The notes beneath the pieces were generated by a model. It was not told the origin of the DNA. It worked only from the letters and a program-made list of their open reading frames with translations, and made no database searches. From positions 462,143 through 526,142 of the forward strand of contig OZ252016.1 of the NCBI GenBank assembly GCA_965247475.1: DNA of 64,000 nt, given 5' to 3'. Of the stretch, positions 34,153-42,761 are shown one piece after another. How positions within the stretch are numbered: position 1 is the stretch's first letter; each line of letters starts with the position of its first letter. The position numbers and the translations under genes were made by a program. Source of the DNA: Chloroflexota bacterium (GTDB taxonomy: Bacteria > Chloroflexota > UBA11872).

Positions 34153-36120
34153 TCACCACGCGATCTGTTCGTTCGAAACGAAGCGCGTGAGCTTTCGCCA
34201 GCGGGTTTGCCCGCTGCGATAGTGCTCGCGCCGGTAGAAGGGGTAGTACCGGCCCCGCGGGAAGATGTCGACCACGTCGTTCCCGCGGCGCACCAGCGTG
34301 TACGTGCGCTTCTGGATGCCGATCAGGTCGGTCCGCTCCGGCAGCGGAAAGGTGATCGTGGCCGTCTCGCCCGGCCGAACCGCGCCGAGCCGCGCGTAGC
34401 GGCCGTCCCACGACACGGCGCGAGCCTCGCCGTTCACCTCCGCGCGCGCCTCGGCCGGCCGCACCCATTCCGCGATCCGCACCGCGAGCTCCACCGGCTG
34501 CTTGACCTTGATGTCCACCCGTCCCTCATACGGGATGTAGCTGTCCACGTCGGCCCACCGCGACGCGCGGTTGAGCAGCAGATTGACCCGCAGCGCGCCG
34601 TCGGAGTGCGTGACGATCCGGTCCCAGATCCAGTAGATGGCACGCGCCGCGTTGGCCGTGTCGCCGTGGACGAACCCCCGGATGCCGGTCGGATCGTCAT
34701 ACCAGTCGTTCGGAGCGGCCTCGGTTGGCCAGGACCCGAGGTTGCGTTCCAGAACTCGGTCGGTGGTCTGTCCCGGGCCCACCTGGACTGTCGGAAACGC
34801 CCTCCGCCTGATCGCGGCGACGCTCTCACCGGCCAGTGTGGAGCCCGGAAGGTGGCGAGCCCAATCCACGCTGAGCAGCTGCGACTCGGCAAGCATGTTG
34901 CGGGTCCACCGATCGATGTCATCCCAGCAATCCGCGATCCCCGCTTCGCTCAGGCGCACCGCCGTCGCCAGCATGGTGGCCAGACCGGCCACCTCGCACG
35001 GGTTGAACTGCTCCGCGTCGTACTCGCGCGACTCGCCCTCGTCCAGCTCGCCGCTGATGGTCCGCTCACGCCACTCCGGCCCGGGGACGTGGTTTGGAGC
35101 GAAGCCGATAAGCGTATTCAACCGTGCCCGGGCCCACGTGTAGCTCTTCACCACGAACTCCAGCAGCTCGTCGTCGTTCGCCTGCAGCGCGTAGTCGGCC
35201 ATGGCCCGCAGACCGCGGGCGTGCGCGTGGACGTGCCCTTTCACCGCGCCGCGCTGGGCCGTCACGAACGCTCCGTCCTCGGCAAAGAACGTGTCTCGAT
35301 GAAACACGATCAGCTTGCCAGCCAGTGTCAGCGCGGGCTCATAGCCGATCTGCTCGTACGCCCGTACCAGCCCCCAGTACACCAGGCTGAGCTCGGCCAT
35401 GTGGTAGTGGAAGCGCGGGGTCGCGTCGGTCGGTGGTTGCTCGGTCACCCATAGGGGGCCGGGCCAGAAGAAGGCGTAGTCGCCGCGGTCGACCGCGATC
35501 TCGATCAGCCCATCCACCGCTCGACGGATCGACTCCTCCCATACGGGCCCGCCGTCGCGCGCCGCGTACAGCGAGACGGTGCGCAGCAGTTGCCCGATGA
35601 CGAACGGCGACAACACTTGCTCGCTGTCCGGATCGAACTCGCCGCCCAGAACCCCTGCCACGAAGCTGGGATCCTCGTTCAGCAGATCCATCGCCCAGGG
35701 ACGGCCTCGAATCGGGATAACGAACAGTCCGTTGTCGCCCTGTTCCAGCAGCGTGACTTCCATCCAGCGGCGATCCACGTGCAGGTTCTGATCGCTGCCC
35801 GACATCAGCCGGTTCAGGACCACGGCCTCCTGGAACTTGGGTGTCAGCGTGGGGCTGGAGAAATCCGCCAGCATCGTCGGCACCGGGGTGAACTTGACGC
35901 GCCAGTACACCTCGTAGTCTGCCTCCGGGTTCGGGTTCTCCGTCATCGCGTGAATCGCCAGCCGTGCCCGCTCGGCCAGATCGAGCGTGTCGGGCACCAG
36001 CGCCTCGTAGCGCTCGCCGTCGTACGACGGCATCTGGAAATCCGGGAAGGTCGAGCGGACGTACCCGATCGGATCGCCGGGCTTCCAGTTCGGCTCTAGT
36101 TCACTCGCGTCCGGCAGCAT
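34153..36120 (-). CDS. Hypothetical protein, putative (alpha/alpha)6-barrel glycoside-hydrolase-like protein (GH127/GH88-like; assignment tentative)
   Basis: 655 aa and cytoplasmic, with helix-rich composition and periodic aromatic/acidic residues. The start lies 10 bp downstream of lipoprotein D's stop on the same strand. Confidence 0.35.
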   Translation of the reverse strand: MLPDASELEPNWKPGDPIGYVRSTFPDFQMPSYDGERYEALVPDTLDLAERARLAIHAMTENPNPEADYEVYWRVKFTPVPTMLADFSSPTLTPKFQEAVVLNRLMSGSDQNLHVDRRWMEVTLLEQGDNGLFVIPIRGRPWAMDLLNEDPSFVAGVLGGEFDPDSEQVLSPFVIGQLLRTVSLYAARDGGPVWEESIRRAVDGLIEIAVDRGDYAFFWPGPLWVTEQPPTDATPRFHYHMAELSLVYWGLVRAYEQIGYEPALTLAGKLIVFHRDTFFAEDGAFVTAQRGAVKGHVHAHARGLRAMADYALQANDDELLEFVVKSYTWARARLNTLIGFAPNHVPGPEWRERTISGELDEGESREYDAEQFNPCEVAGLATMLATAVRLSEAGIADCWDDIDRWTRNMLAESQLLSVDWARHLPGSTLAGESVAAIRRRAFPTVQVGPGQTTDRVLERNLGSWPTEAAPNDWYDDPTGIRGFVHGDTANAARAIYWIWDRIVTHSDGALRVNLLLNRASRWADVDSYIPYEGRVDIKVKQPVELAVRIAEWVRPAEARAEVNGEARAVSWDGRYARLGAVRPGETATITFPLPERTDLIGIQKRTYTLVRRGNDVVDIFPRGRYYPFYRREHYRSGQTRWRKLTRFVSNEQIAW

Positions 36121-36129
36121 TGCCCGGTC

Positions 36130-36741
36130 CTACCCACACGTGGCGCTGCCGAAGCCGATGTTGGGGCACGGCGTCTGTCCCTGGCAGCCCGCCCCAGTTC
36201 CTCCGGTCCCCGGCTCGAAGCACACCGAGAACGTGTACTCCAGACGCTTGACCGGCGCGTCGCCGCGGTTCGCCGGGTCCCGCTCGACGAGTTCGAGCAC
36301 GAAAACCGCTTCACCGACCGCGCTCGGCCGGAATTCCAGCACCCTCTTCGCCGTGGTGGGATCCCCGATCAGGTCGCCGGTCTCGAAGGCCAACCGGTCA
36401 TCGACCCCATACCACTCGACCACGAACGGATCGGGCTTCTCCGCGAAGCGCCAGCGCAGGCTGGACGCATCGTCACCCTCGAGGGTCAAAACCACGCCCT
36501 TCTTGTCCGGCAGGCCGATGTCGGCCGAGAACGTGGGCGCCTCGATGACCCGGCCAGCGTCGGCCTCGGTGAGCACGAGATCGGCCTCGGTCATCACCAC
36601 ACCCGTCGCGACCGAGATTTGCCCCACGTCCTCGCCGACCACGCTTTCGCCGCACGCGCCCAGCGCGGTCAGCGCGACCAGTGCCGCCAGCCCGAGAAAC
36701 CGTCGACGGCCGGTGGTCCTCATGATCGCGTTCTGCTTCAT
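36130..36741 (-). CDS. Secreted lipoprotein, paralogous family copy D (Tat signal plus lipobox)
   Basis: MKQNAIMRTTGRRRFLGLAALVALTALGACG, the family core motif, and a C-terminal Cys-rich tail GCQGQTPCPNIGFGSATCG. Confidence 0.75.
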   Translation of the reverse strand: MKQNAIMRTTGRRRFLGLAALVALTALGACGESVVGEDVGQISVATGVVMTEADLVLTEADAGRVIEAPTFSADIGLPDKKGVVLTLEGDDASSLRWRFAEKPDPFVVEWYGVDDRLAFETGDLIGDPTTAKRVLEFRPSAVGEAVFVLELVERDPANRGDAPVKRLEYTFSVCFEPGTGGTGAGCQGQTPCPNIGFGSATCG

Positions 36742-36830
36742 GGCCGGAGCCGGTGAACAGCGAAGGTCTTGAATCGAATGGAGGATACGCCGCCGCACCG
36801 GCGCCTGCCACGGGCCTACCCGCGCCGGTC

Positions 36831-37450
36831 CTACCCGCACGTCGCGCCGCCGAACCCGATGCTGGGGCACGGCGTCTGTCCCTGGCAGCCGGCTTGGGTT
36901 CCTCCGCCCGCCGACTCCATGCAGGTCGAGAACGCGTACTCCAGACGCTTGACCGGCGCGCCCACGCGGTCCGCGGGATCGTGCTCGACGAGCTCGACTA
37001 CGAACGTACGAACGCCGTCTCGCCGATTGTGGCGGGTCGGAATTCCAGCACCTTCTTCGCTGTGGCGGGATCGCCGATCAGGTCGCCGGTCTCGAAGGCC
37101 AACCGGCCATCGACCGCATACCACTCGACCACGAACGGATCGGGCTTCTCCGCGAAGCGCCAGCGCAGGCTGGACGCATCGTCGCCTTCGAGGGTCAGCA
37201 GCACGCCCTTCTTGTCCGGCAGGCCGATGTCATGCAAGAACGTGGGCGCCTCGATGACCCGGCCCGCATCGGCCTCGGTGAGCACGACATCGGCCTCGGT
37301 CATCACCTTGCCCGTCGCGACCGAGATCTGACCCACCCCCTGGCCGACCACGCTCTCGCCGCACGCGCCCAGCGCAGCCAGCGCGAAGACTCCCGCCAGC
37401 CCGAGGACTCGTCGACGGCCAATCGCCCTCATGAACGCGGTCTGCTTCAT
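36831..37450 (-). pseudogene. Lipoprotein family copy E, disrupted by a frameshift (ORFs 36998-37450 and 36831-37124)
   Basis: The N-terminal 150 aa (MKQTAFMRAIGRRRVLG...ETAFVRS*) and the C-terminal part (...ELVEHDPADRVGAPVKRLEYAFS...CQGQTPCPSIGFGGATCG) lie in different frames with a 1-nt indel near 37000-37030. This may be a pseudogene or a sequencing error. Confidence 0.6.
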
Positions 37451-37539
37451 GGGCGGAGCCGGTGAACAGCGAAGGTCCCGAATCAGATGGAGGATACGCC
37501 GCCGAACCGGTGCTTGCTAGGCGCTCGCTCGAACCAGTC

Positions 37540-38154
37540 CTACCCGCAGGTAGCGCTGCCGAACCCGATGCTGGGGCATGGCGTCTGTCCCGCGCAACCC
37601 CCCCCGGCAAATGCCGGATCCCCCGGCTCGTAGCAGACCGAGAACATGTACTCCAGACGTTTGACCGGCTCGCCGGACCGCATGGCCGGGTCCCGTTCGA
37701 CCAGTTCCAGCACGAAGCTGGTCTCCCCGATCGTGCCGGGGCGGAATTCCAGGACCTTCTTCGCCGTGGCGGGATCGCCGATCAGGTCGCCGGTCTCGAA
37801 GGCAAGCCGGTCGTCCACCCCGTACCACTCCACGAAGAACGGATCGGGCTTCGCCGCGAAGCGCCAGCGCAGGCTGGATGCATCGTCACCTTCAAGGGTC
37901 AACAGTATGCCCTTCTTGTCCGGCAGGCCGATGTCGACCGAGAACGAGGGCGCCTCGATCACCCGACCAGCGTCGGCCTCGGTCAGCAGGAGATCGGCCT
38001 CGGTCATCACGTGACCCGTTGCGACCGAGATATCCCCGACCTCCTCGCCGACCACGCTTTCGCCGCACGCGCCCAGCGTGGCCAGCGCGGAGACCGCCGC
38101 CAGCCCGAGGAATCGTCGCCGCCCGATTGCCTTCATGACTGTGTCCTGCTGCAT
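37540..38154 (-). CDS. Secreted lipoprotein, paralogous family copy F (Tat signal plus lipobox)
   Basis: MQQDTVMKAIGRRRFLGLAAVSALATLGACG, the family core motif, and a Cys-rich C-terminal tail. Confidence 0.75.
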   Translation of the reverse strand: MQQDTVMKAIGRRRFLGLAAVSALATLGACGESVVGEEVGDISVATGHVMTEADLLLTEADAGRVIEAPSFSVDIGLPDKKGILLTLEGDDASSLRWRFAAKPDPFFVEWYGVDDRLAFETGDLIGDPATAKKVLEFRPGTIGETSFVLELVERDPAMRSGEPVKRLEYMFSVCYEPGDPAFAGGGCAGQTPCPSIGFGSATCG

Positions 38155-38386
38155 GGCCGGTACCGGTGAACCGCGAAGGTCGTGTAGGGGATGGAGGATA
38201 CGTCGCCGAACGAGTGGTTGCTAGGCGCCCACTCGACCGGCGATGCGCGACGCCCCTCCAACGTGGCTTCGCGGCCATCCCTGCACATGCGTTACCGCAT
38301 ACGCGATCGATCGCAACGATTCCCGCGCACGACACGCCCCTGCCCTGCGCACTACTCTCCGCACGTCGTGGCCCAGGGGAATACGC

Positions 38387-39529
38387 ATGAAGATCACGGA
38401 TGTCCGCTGCATTCCAGTCTTCGCCCAAGCGCGGGAGTTCAACTACCTGGTCGTACGCGTCGAGACCGACGACGGGCTCTACGGGCTCGGCGAGTCCGGC
38501 ATCGCCGGTAAAGAGCTCGCCATCCAGGGCATTGTCGAGCACTTCCGACCGCTCCTGATCGGCGAGGACCCGCGGCGCACCGACTTCATCTGGCAACGCT
38601 TGTTTCGCGGGAACTTCTTCAAGGGGGGCCACCTGCTCTCCGCGGCCATCTCGGCCATCGACGTCGCGCTCTGGGACATCAAAGGGAAGGCGCTCGGCGT
38701 TCCGATCTGGCAACTGCTCGGCGGCAAGTCGCGCGACAAAGTCATCTGCTACCCGCACGTTCTCGGCACGGCCACCGACGAGATCCTCCAGGACTGCGAC
38801 CGCGTGCTGGCCGAGGGGTTCAAGTTCGTGCGCTTCGGCGCGCTCGGCGACGATAGCGAGGGGGTGTTCGAGCCCCGCCGCGCGGTGCCGAAGATTCGGG
38901 AGCTCACCTCCGCCGTCCGAGATCACATCGGGCCGGACGTTGAGATCTGCGTCGACTTCCATACGCGGCTCGATCCCATTGACGCCGTCCGTCTGTGCGA
39001 CGCGCTCGAGCCGCTCGACATCTTCTTTGCCGAGGACCCGGTCCGCTCCGAGCGGCCCGAGGCGTACCAGTTCGTGCGCGAGCACACCAACGTCCCCATC
39101 GCGGGCGGCGAAGAGCTGGCCTCCAAGTGGGAGTTCCAGCCGCTGATCGAGCGCGATCTCATCGACTACGTGCGCGTCGATCTCGGGATCGTCGGTGGGT
39201 TCACCGAGGCCAGCAAGGTCGCCGGCATGGCCGAATCTCACTACCAGTACCTGGCGCCGCACGCGCCCCTCGGGCCTGTCTCGCTCGCGGCCTGCGTGCA
39301 CCTGGACATCGCCAGCGCGCTGGTCGGCGTCCAGGAGCTTCCGCTGCTGCCCGGCGCCATGCCGGATGTCTTCCCCAAGCAGATGGAGTTCGAGGACGGC
39401 TATCTGCTCGCCCCGCAGTCACCCGGCCTGGGCGTCGAGATCGATGAGGAGGCCGCCAAGGACCATCCGTTCAGAATGATGCCGCTGACCGAGTACCGCC
39501 GCGACGACGGATCGGTGACCAACTGGTAG
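38387..39529 (+). CDS. Enolase-superfamily dehydratase, mandelate racemase/muconate lactonising enzyme family (D-mannonate/D-galactonate dehydratase-like)
   Basis: [11 protein letters not shown] N-terminus typical of the ManD subgroup, the [22 protein letters not shown] motif, and metal-ligand Asp/Glu positions. ATG at 38387. Confidence 0.8.
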   Translation: [380 protein letters not shown]

Positions 39530-39576
39530 CGAGCGCCCGGACGCCAGGCTTGGCACGACCGATGCGTGAGGCGTAG

Positions 39577-40377
39577 ATGCGAATAGGCGCGGTCACGCTC
39601 TGCTCGCGCCGCGGCGAGAAACAGGCCAATCTCGACCGCATCGTTTGCTACGGCGAACGCGCGGCGGAGCGCGGTTGCCGGCTGGTGATCTTCCCGGAGT
39701 TCTCGGTGAACGGGCCGTGGGTGACCTACGACCCGGACGCCGACCTTTCGGTTCTGGAGCGCGACGCGGAGCCGATCCCCGGACCGACCACCGACCGGCT
39801 CACCGCCGAGGCGAGGCGTCTTGACATAACATTCGGTGTCGGTATTGCGGAGCGCGGCCTCGCGCCCAAGCCGTTCAACACCTACGCGATCATCGGCCCC
39901 GAGGGTGTGCTGCACCTCCAGCGCAAGCTGCAACCGACCGAGAGCGAGGTTGCGTTCTACCGTGGCGGCGGCGACGCCATGGCGCCCTTCACGCTCGGTG
40001 GAACGACCTTCGGCGTGACCATCTGCGCCGACAACGAGAACCCGGCGATACACGATCGACTCCACGGGCACGGCGCGCGTGTGTTTCTCGAACCCCACTA
40101 CGACTGTGCGAAGAGATTCCAGAACCCGGGCGACTCCTGGGATGAGTTGCTCGAGTTCAACTGCGACGGCACGCGCGCCCATCGCGCCCGTGCCCTGGCC
40201 GAGCGACTGGGTGTGATCGCCGTCTACGTCGACGCCAAGGACCCGCGTCGGCGGTTCGAGGACTATCCCGAGTGGCCGCACTACGTCAACGGCATCAGCT
40301 CGGTCTTCGGTCCCGGCGGCGAGCTTCTGGCCCAAAACGCCGGCAACGAGGAATCGCTGCTTACGTTCGACGTTTGA
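39577..40377 (+). CDS. Carbon-nitrogen hydrolase family protein (nitrilase superfamily)
   Basis: Catalytic-triad context (FPEFSVNG Glu, K, TICADNENP Cys). Confidence 0.8.
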   Translation: MRIGAVTLCSRRGEKQANLDRIVCYGERAAERGCRLVIFPEFSVNGPWVTYDPDADLSVLERDAEPIPGPTTDRLTAEARRLDITFGVGIAERGLAPKPFNTYAIIGPEGVLHLQRKLQPTESEVAFYRGGGDAMAPFTLGGTTFGVTICADNENPAIHDRLHGHGARVFLEPHYDCAKRFQNPGDSWDELLEFNCDGTRAHRARALAERLGVIAVYVDAKDPRRRFEDYPEWPHYVNGISSVFGPGGELLAQNAGNEESLLTFDV

Positions 40378-40518
40378 TCGACCGAGTCACCCGCGCCCCG
40401 CCCCGGCCTGGGCCGTCGGGGCACTACATGCAAACGTTGCCGCATCCTCAGACCCGTAACTGCCGCTCGCATCCGGCAGTAAGATCCCAGGGACCGCCGT
40501 GGCCTGGATCATCGGTCG

Positions 40519-40926
40519 TTGAGTGAGGGGTGCGTGATGTACCGCTTGTTTCGCCATCGTGATCTGGGCGCCGCCCAAGCGCTCCTCAGCGCGGCCGTTC
40601 TGGGTGTAGCGTTGTTTGCCTGGGGCGATCAGACCGACATGTTTGACCGGCCGGGTCTCGCCTCCACATCCAACTGGACCTGGAGGGTATGGCAGGTCGG
40701 CGCTTTGCTCATGGGCATACCCGGTGTCTGGTGGCTGTGGCGTGGGACCCGACGCGTGGCCTGGACGCGGAGCCTGGTGTTAGGCGTCCTCGCGCTGGTT
40801 GTTTTTCTCAACGTCTATAACCGATGCACTGTTCGGAGCGCACGTGGGGAACGTCTGGAAAGCAATCAACCCGATTTTCCTGGGATGCAGCGGCATCGCC
40901 GTCGCAACTCTCTGGACTCGCGGTAG
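40519..40926 (+). CDS. Hypothetical membrane protein (possibly the 5-prime part of a frameshifted gene)
   Basis: Hydrophobic helices. Lower local GC than neighbours. Overlaps the next ORF by 128 nt in a different frame. Confidence 0.3.
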   Translation: MSEGCVMYRLFRHRDLGAAQALLSAAVLGVALFAWGDQTDMFDRPGLASTSNWTWRVWQVGALLMGIPGVWWLWRGTRRVAWTRSLVLGVLALVVFLNVYNRCTVRSARGERLESNQPDFPGMQRHRRRNSLDSR

Positions 40927-41110
40927 CTCGGCCGAACGTATTGGCGCCGTGTTCTTTGCTGCGCTGGGGACCGTCCTGTTCGTTAACGCGTATTTCCTCA
41001 ACAACGACACCATTTGGGAGGCGTTGAATCCTTTGAGGGTTCTGGTATTGCTGCTGTGGTCTGCCGCGGCATTGACAGTGGGCGTTCGATGCCAGGAGTC
41101 CGGCGGATAG
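40799..41110 (+). CDS. Hypothetical membrane protein (possibly the 3-prime part of the same frameshifted gene)
   Basis: Three predicted transmembrane helices. In the low-GC patch. Confidence 0.3.
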   Translation: MFFSTSITDALFGAHVGNVWKAINPIFLGCSGIAVATLWTRGSSAERIGAVFFAALGTVLFVNAYFLNNDTIWEALNPLRVLVLLLWSAAALTVGVRCQESGG

Positions 41111-41202
41111 TTTGCTGCACACGTTGTTTCGACGTCGATATCTCGGCGTAGCCGAGGCCCTTGCCGCGGCCGGAGACCAATAGAAGCCCCGCCGGTCTGA
41201 GC

Positions 41203-41250
41203 GATCCGAGGGCCTTGAAACATACAAGGGGCGGTTCGCGAACCGCCCGG
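41203..41250. repeat. REP-B element copy
   Basis: Same consensus as 7336-7386. Confidence 0.75.
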
Positions 41251-41304
41251 TCGCCCAGGGCGGCGCCGGCACGAGAGATCCGCCGGGCCACGCCCCACCG
41301 TCAG

Positions 41305-41500
41305 CGCCGTTGCGAGCGCCGCGAGGAATCTCATGGCCACTGGACCGGCGCAAGTTCCCTCGCCCGCGGGGAGAGGGTTAGGGTGAGGGGTCCAGCGCTG
41401 CCGCCGTCTCGTACCCAACCACGCCGCCGTAGCGATCGACCTCCAATGTCATTCGAGCCGGAGGCGAGGAATCTCAGGGCCACTGGACCGGCGCAAGCGT
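41305..41500. repeat. REP-A composite with the palindromic module (TTCCCTCGCCCGCGGGGAGAGGGTTAGGGTGAGGGGTCCAGCGCTGC) that is intact here and split by the IS5 at 48013/49228
   Basis: Direct sequence comparison of 41355-41420 with 48011-48022 and 49219-49290. Confidence 0.75.
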
Positions 41501-41524
41501 CGGCGGCCAGCCTCGGCCGCCCGC

Positions 41525-42475
41525 CTACGGCAGGTCCACCCGCCATTCCAGCGGCTCACCGCGCTCGAGCCGCCGTACGTTCGCCGCCACGCCCGCCGCG
41601 GTGTCACGGATGTAGAGGTCCACGAAGGCCGCGCAGTGCGGCGTCGCGAAGATCTCCAGCTCGAACAACGGATCGCTCAGGTCGGCCGGCTCCTCCCAAA
41701 ACACGTCCAGACCGGCGGCGCTCAGGTGCCCGGACTTGAGCGCCGCCATCAGCGCCGCTTTGTCGATCAGCTTCCCGCGCGCGATGTTGATGACCGCCGC
41801 GTCTTGGGGCAGCGCCTCCAGCACCTCGGTATTGATCAGCCCGATGGTCGATTCGTCCAGCGGCGCCGCCACGACCAGGAACCGGCAGCCGCGCACCGCC
41901 TCCACCAGCCGATCCGACGTGAACAGCTCCGTCAGCCCCAGCTCCTGCTGAAGCGCGGGATCGGGCGTCCGCTTGACCCCCACGACCTCGCAGTCGAAGA
42001 CCCGCAGCATCCGGGCCAGCTGCCCGCCGATCCCTCCAACCCCCACGATGCACACGCGCGCGTCGAAGACCGAGTACCCGATCGGCAGATTCCAATCCTG
42101 GCTGGCCAGCGCTCGGTTCAGCGCCGCCATGTTGCGCCCCGCGCCGATCATCAGGAACAGCGCCGTCTCCGCCACCGCCTTGCCGAGTCCGCCGATCGGC
42201 GCCGGCACGTTCGCCACCGGGATTCCGCGCTCGCGGGCCTCCGCCTTGTCGACCATGTCCGTGCCGATGCCCGCCTGCTGGATCAGCCGGAGCCGTGGCG
42301 CGGCGTCCATCACCTCTGCCGAGATGATCGCCCGCGACGGCAGGATGACATGAATGTCGGAGACGGCGTCGATCACGGCGTCTTCGGGAGCCCCTCGCAC
42401 GTCGTGGTCCGGCAGCTCCGCTTGCAGGCTCGCCACCATTGCGGGCATGTAGTCATTTCCGAACAGGATATTCAT
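41525..42475 (-). CDS. D-isomer-specific 2-hydroxyacid dehydrogenase family protein
   Basis: NAD-binding GVGGIGGQLA, catalytic R...E...H context, and VGVKRTPDP. Start at MNILF (42475). Paralogue of 62301-63242. Confidence 0.85.
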   Translation of the reverse strand: MNILFGNDYMPAMVASLQAELPDHDVRGAPEDAVIDAVSDIHVILPSRAIISAEVMDAAPRLRLIQQAGIGTDMVDKAEARERGIPVANVPAPIGGLGKAVAETALFLMIGAGRNMAALNRALASQDWNLPIGYSVFDARVCIVGVGGIGGQLARMLRVFDCEVVGVKRTPDPALQQELGLTELFTSDRLVEAVRGCRFLVVAAPLDESTIGLINTEVLEALPQDAAVINIARGKLIDKAALMAALKSGHLSAAGLDVFWEEPADLSDPLFELEIFATPHCAAFVDLYIRDTAAGVAANVRRLERGEPLEWRVDLP

Positions 42476-42761
42476 CGCCGCCTCGCGCAGGTCTCGATCG
42501 TGCCGTGAACCGTACGACGCCCGCCGCAACATCGAAAGTCGAGCGCTGGTTCCTACCGCCCGCGTCTGCCAATCGCCGCGGCCGGTCGAGGGTTATTCCG
42601 AGGCGGAGCGGAGGGCCGGCCCTGTCCTCCGTGCACCCTGAGCTTGTCGAAGGGGCGCGGGAATCGTGCGGTCCGGGGTGGGCGTTCGCCGGAGCGCGGA
42701 CTGACGCGGCACCCCGGCCGCGGCCTTCGAGGTCGCCGCGTATCGACCAGGCTCGAGGGAG

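Noticed and set aside
36130-38154. Tandem ~650-bp repeated units, considered as a satellite or array
   Set aside because: Each unit is a complete lipoprotein gene with its own leader. They are diverged paralogous genes, not a non-coding array.
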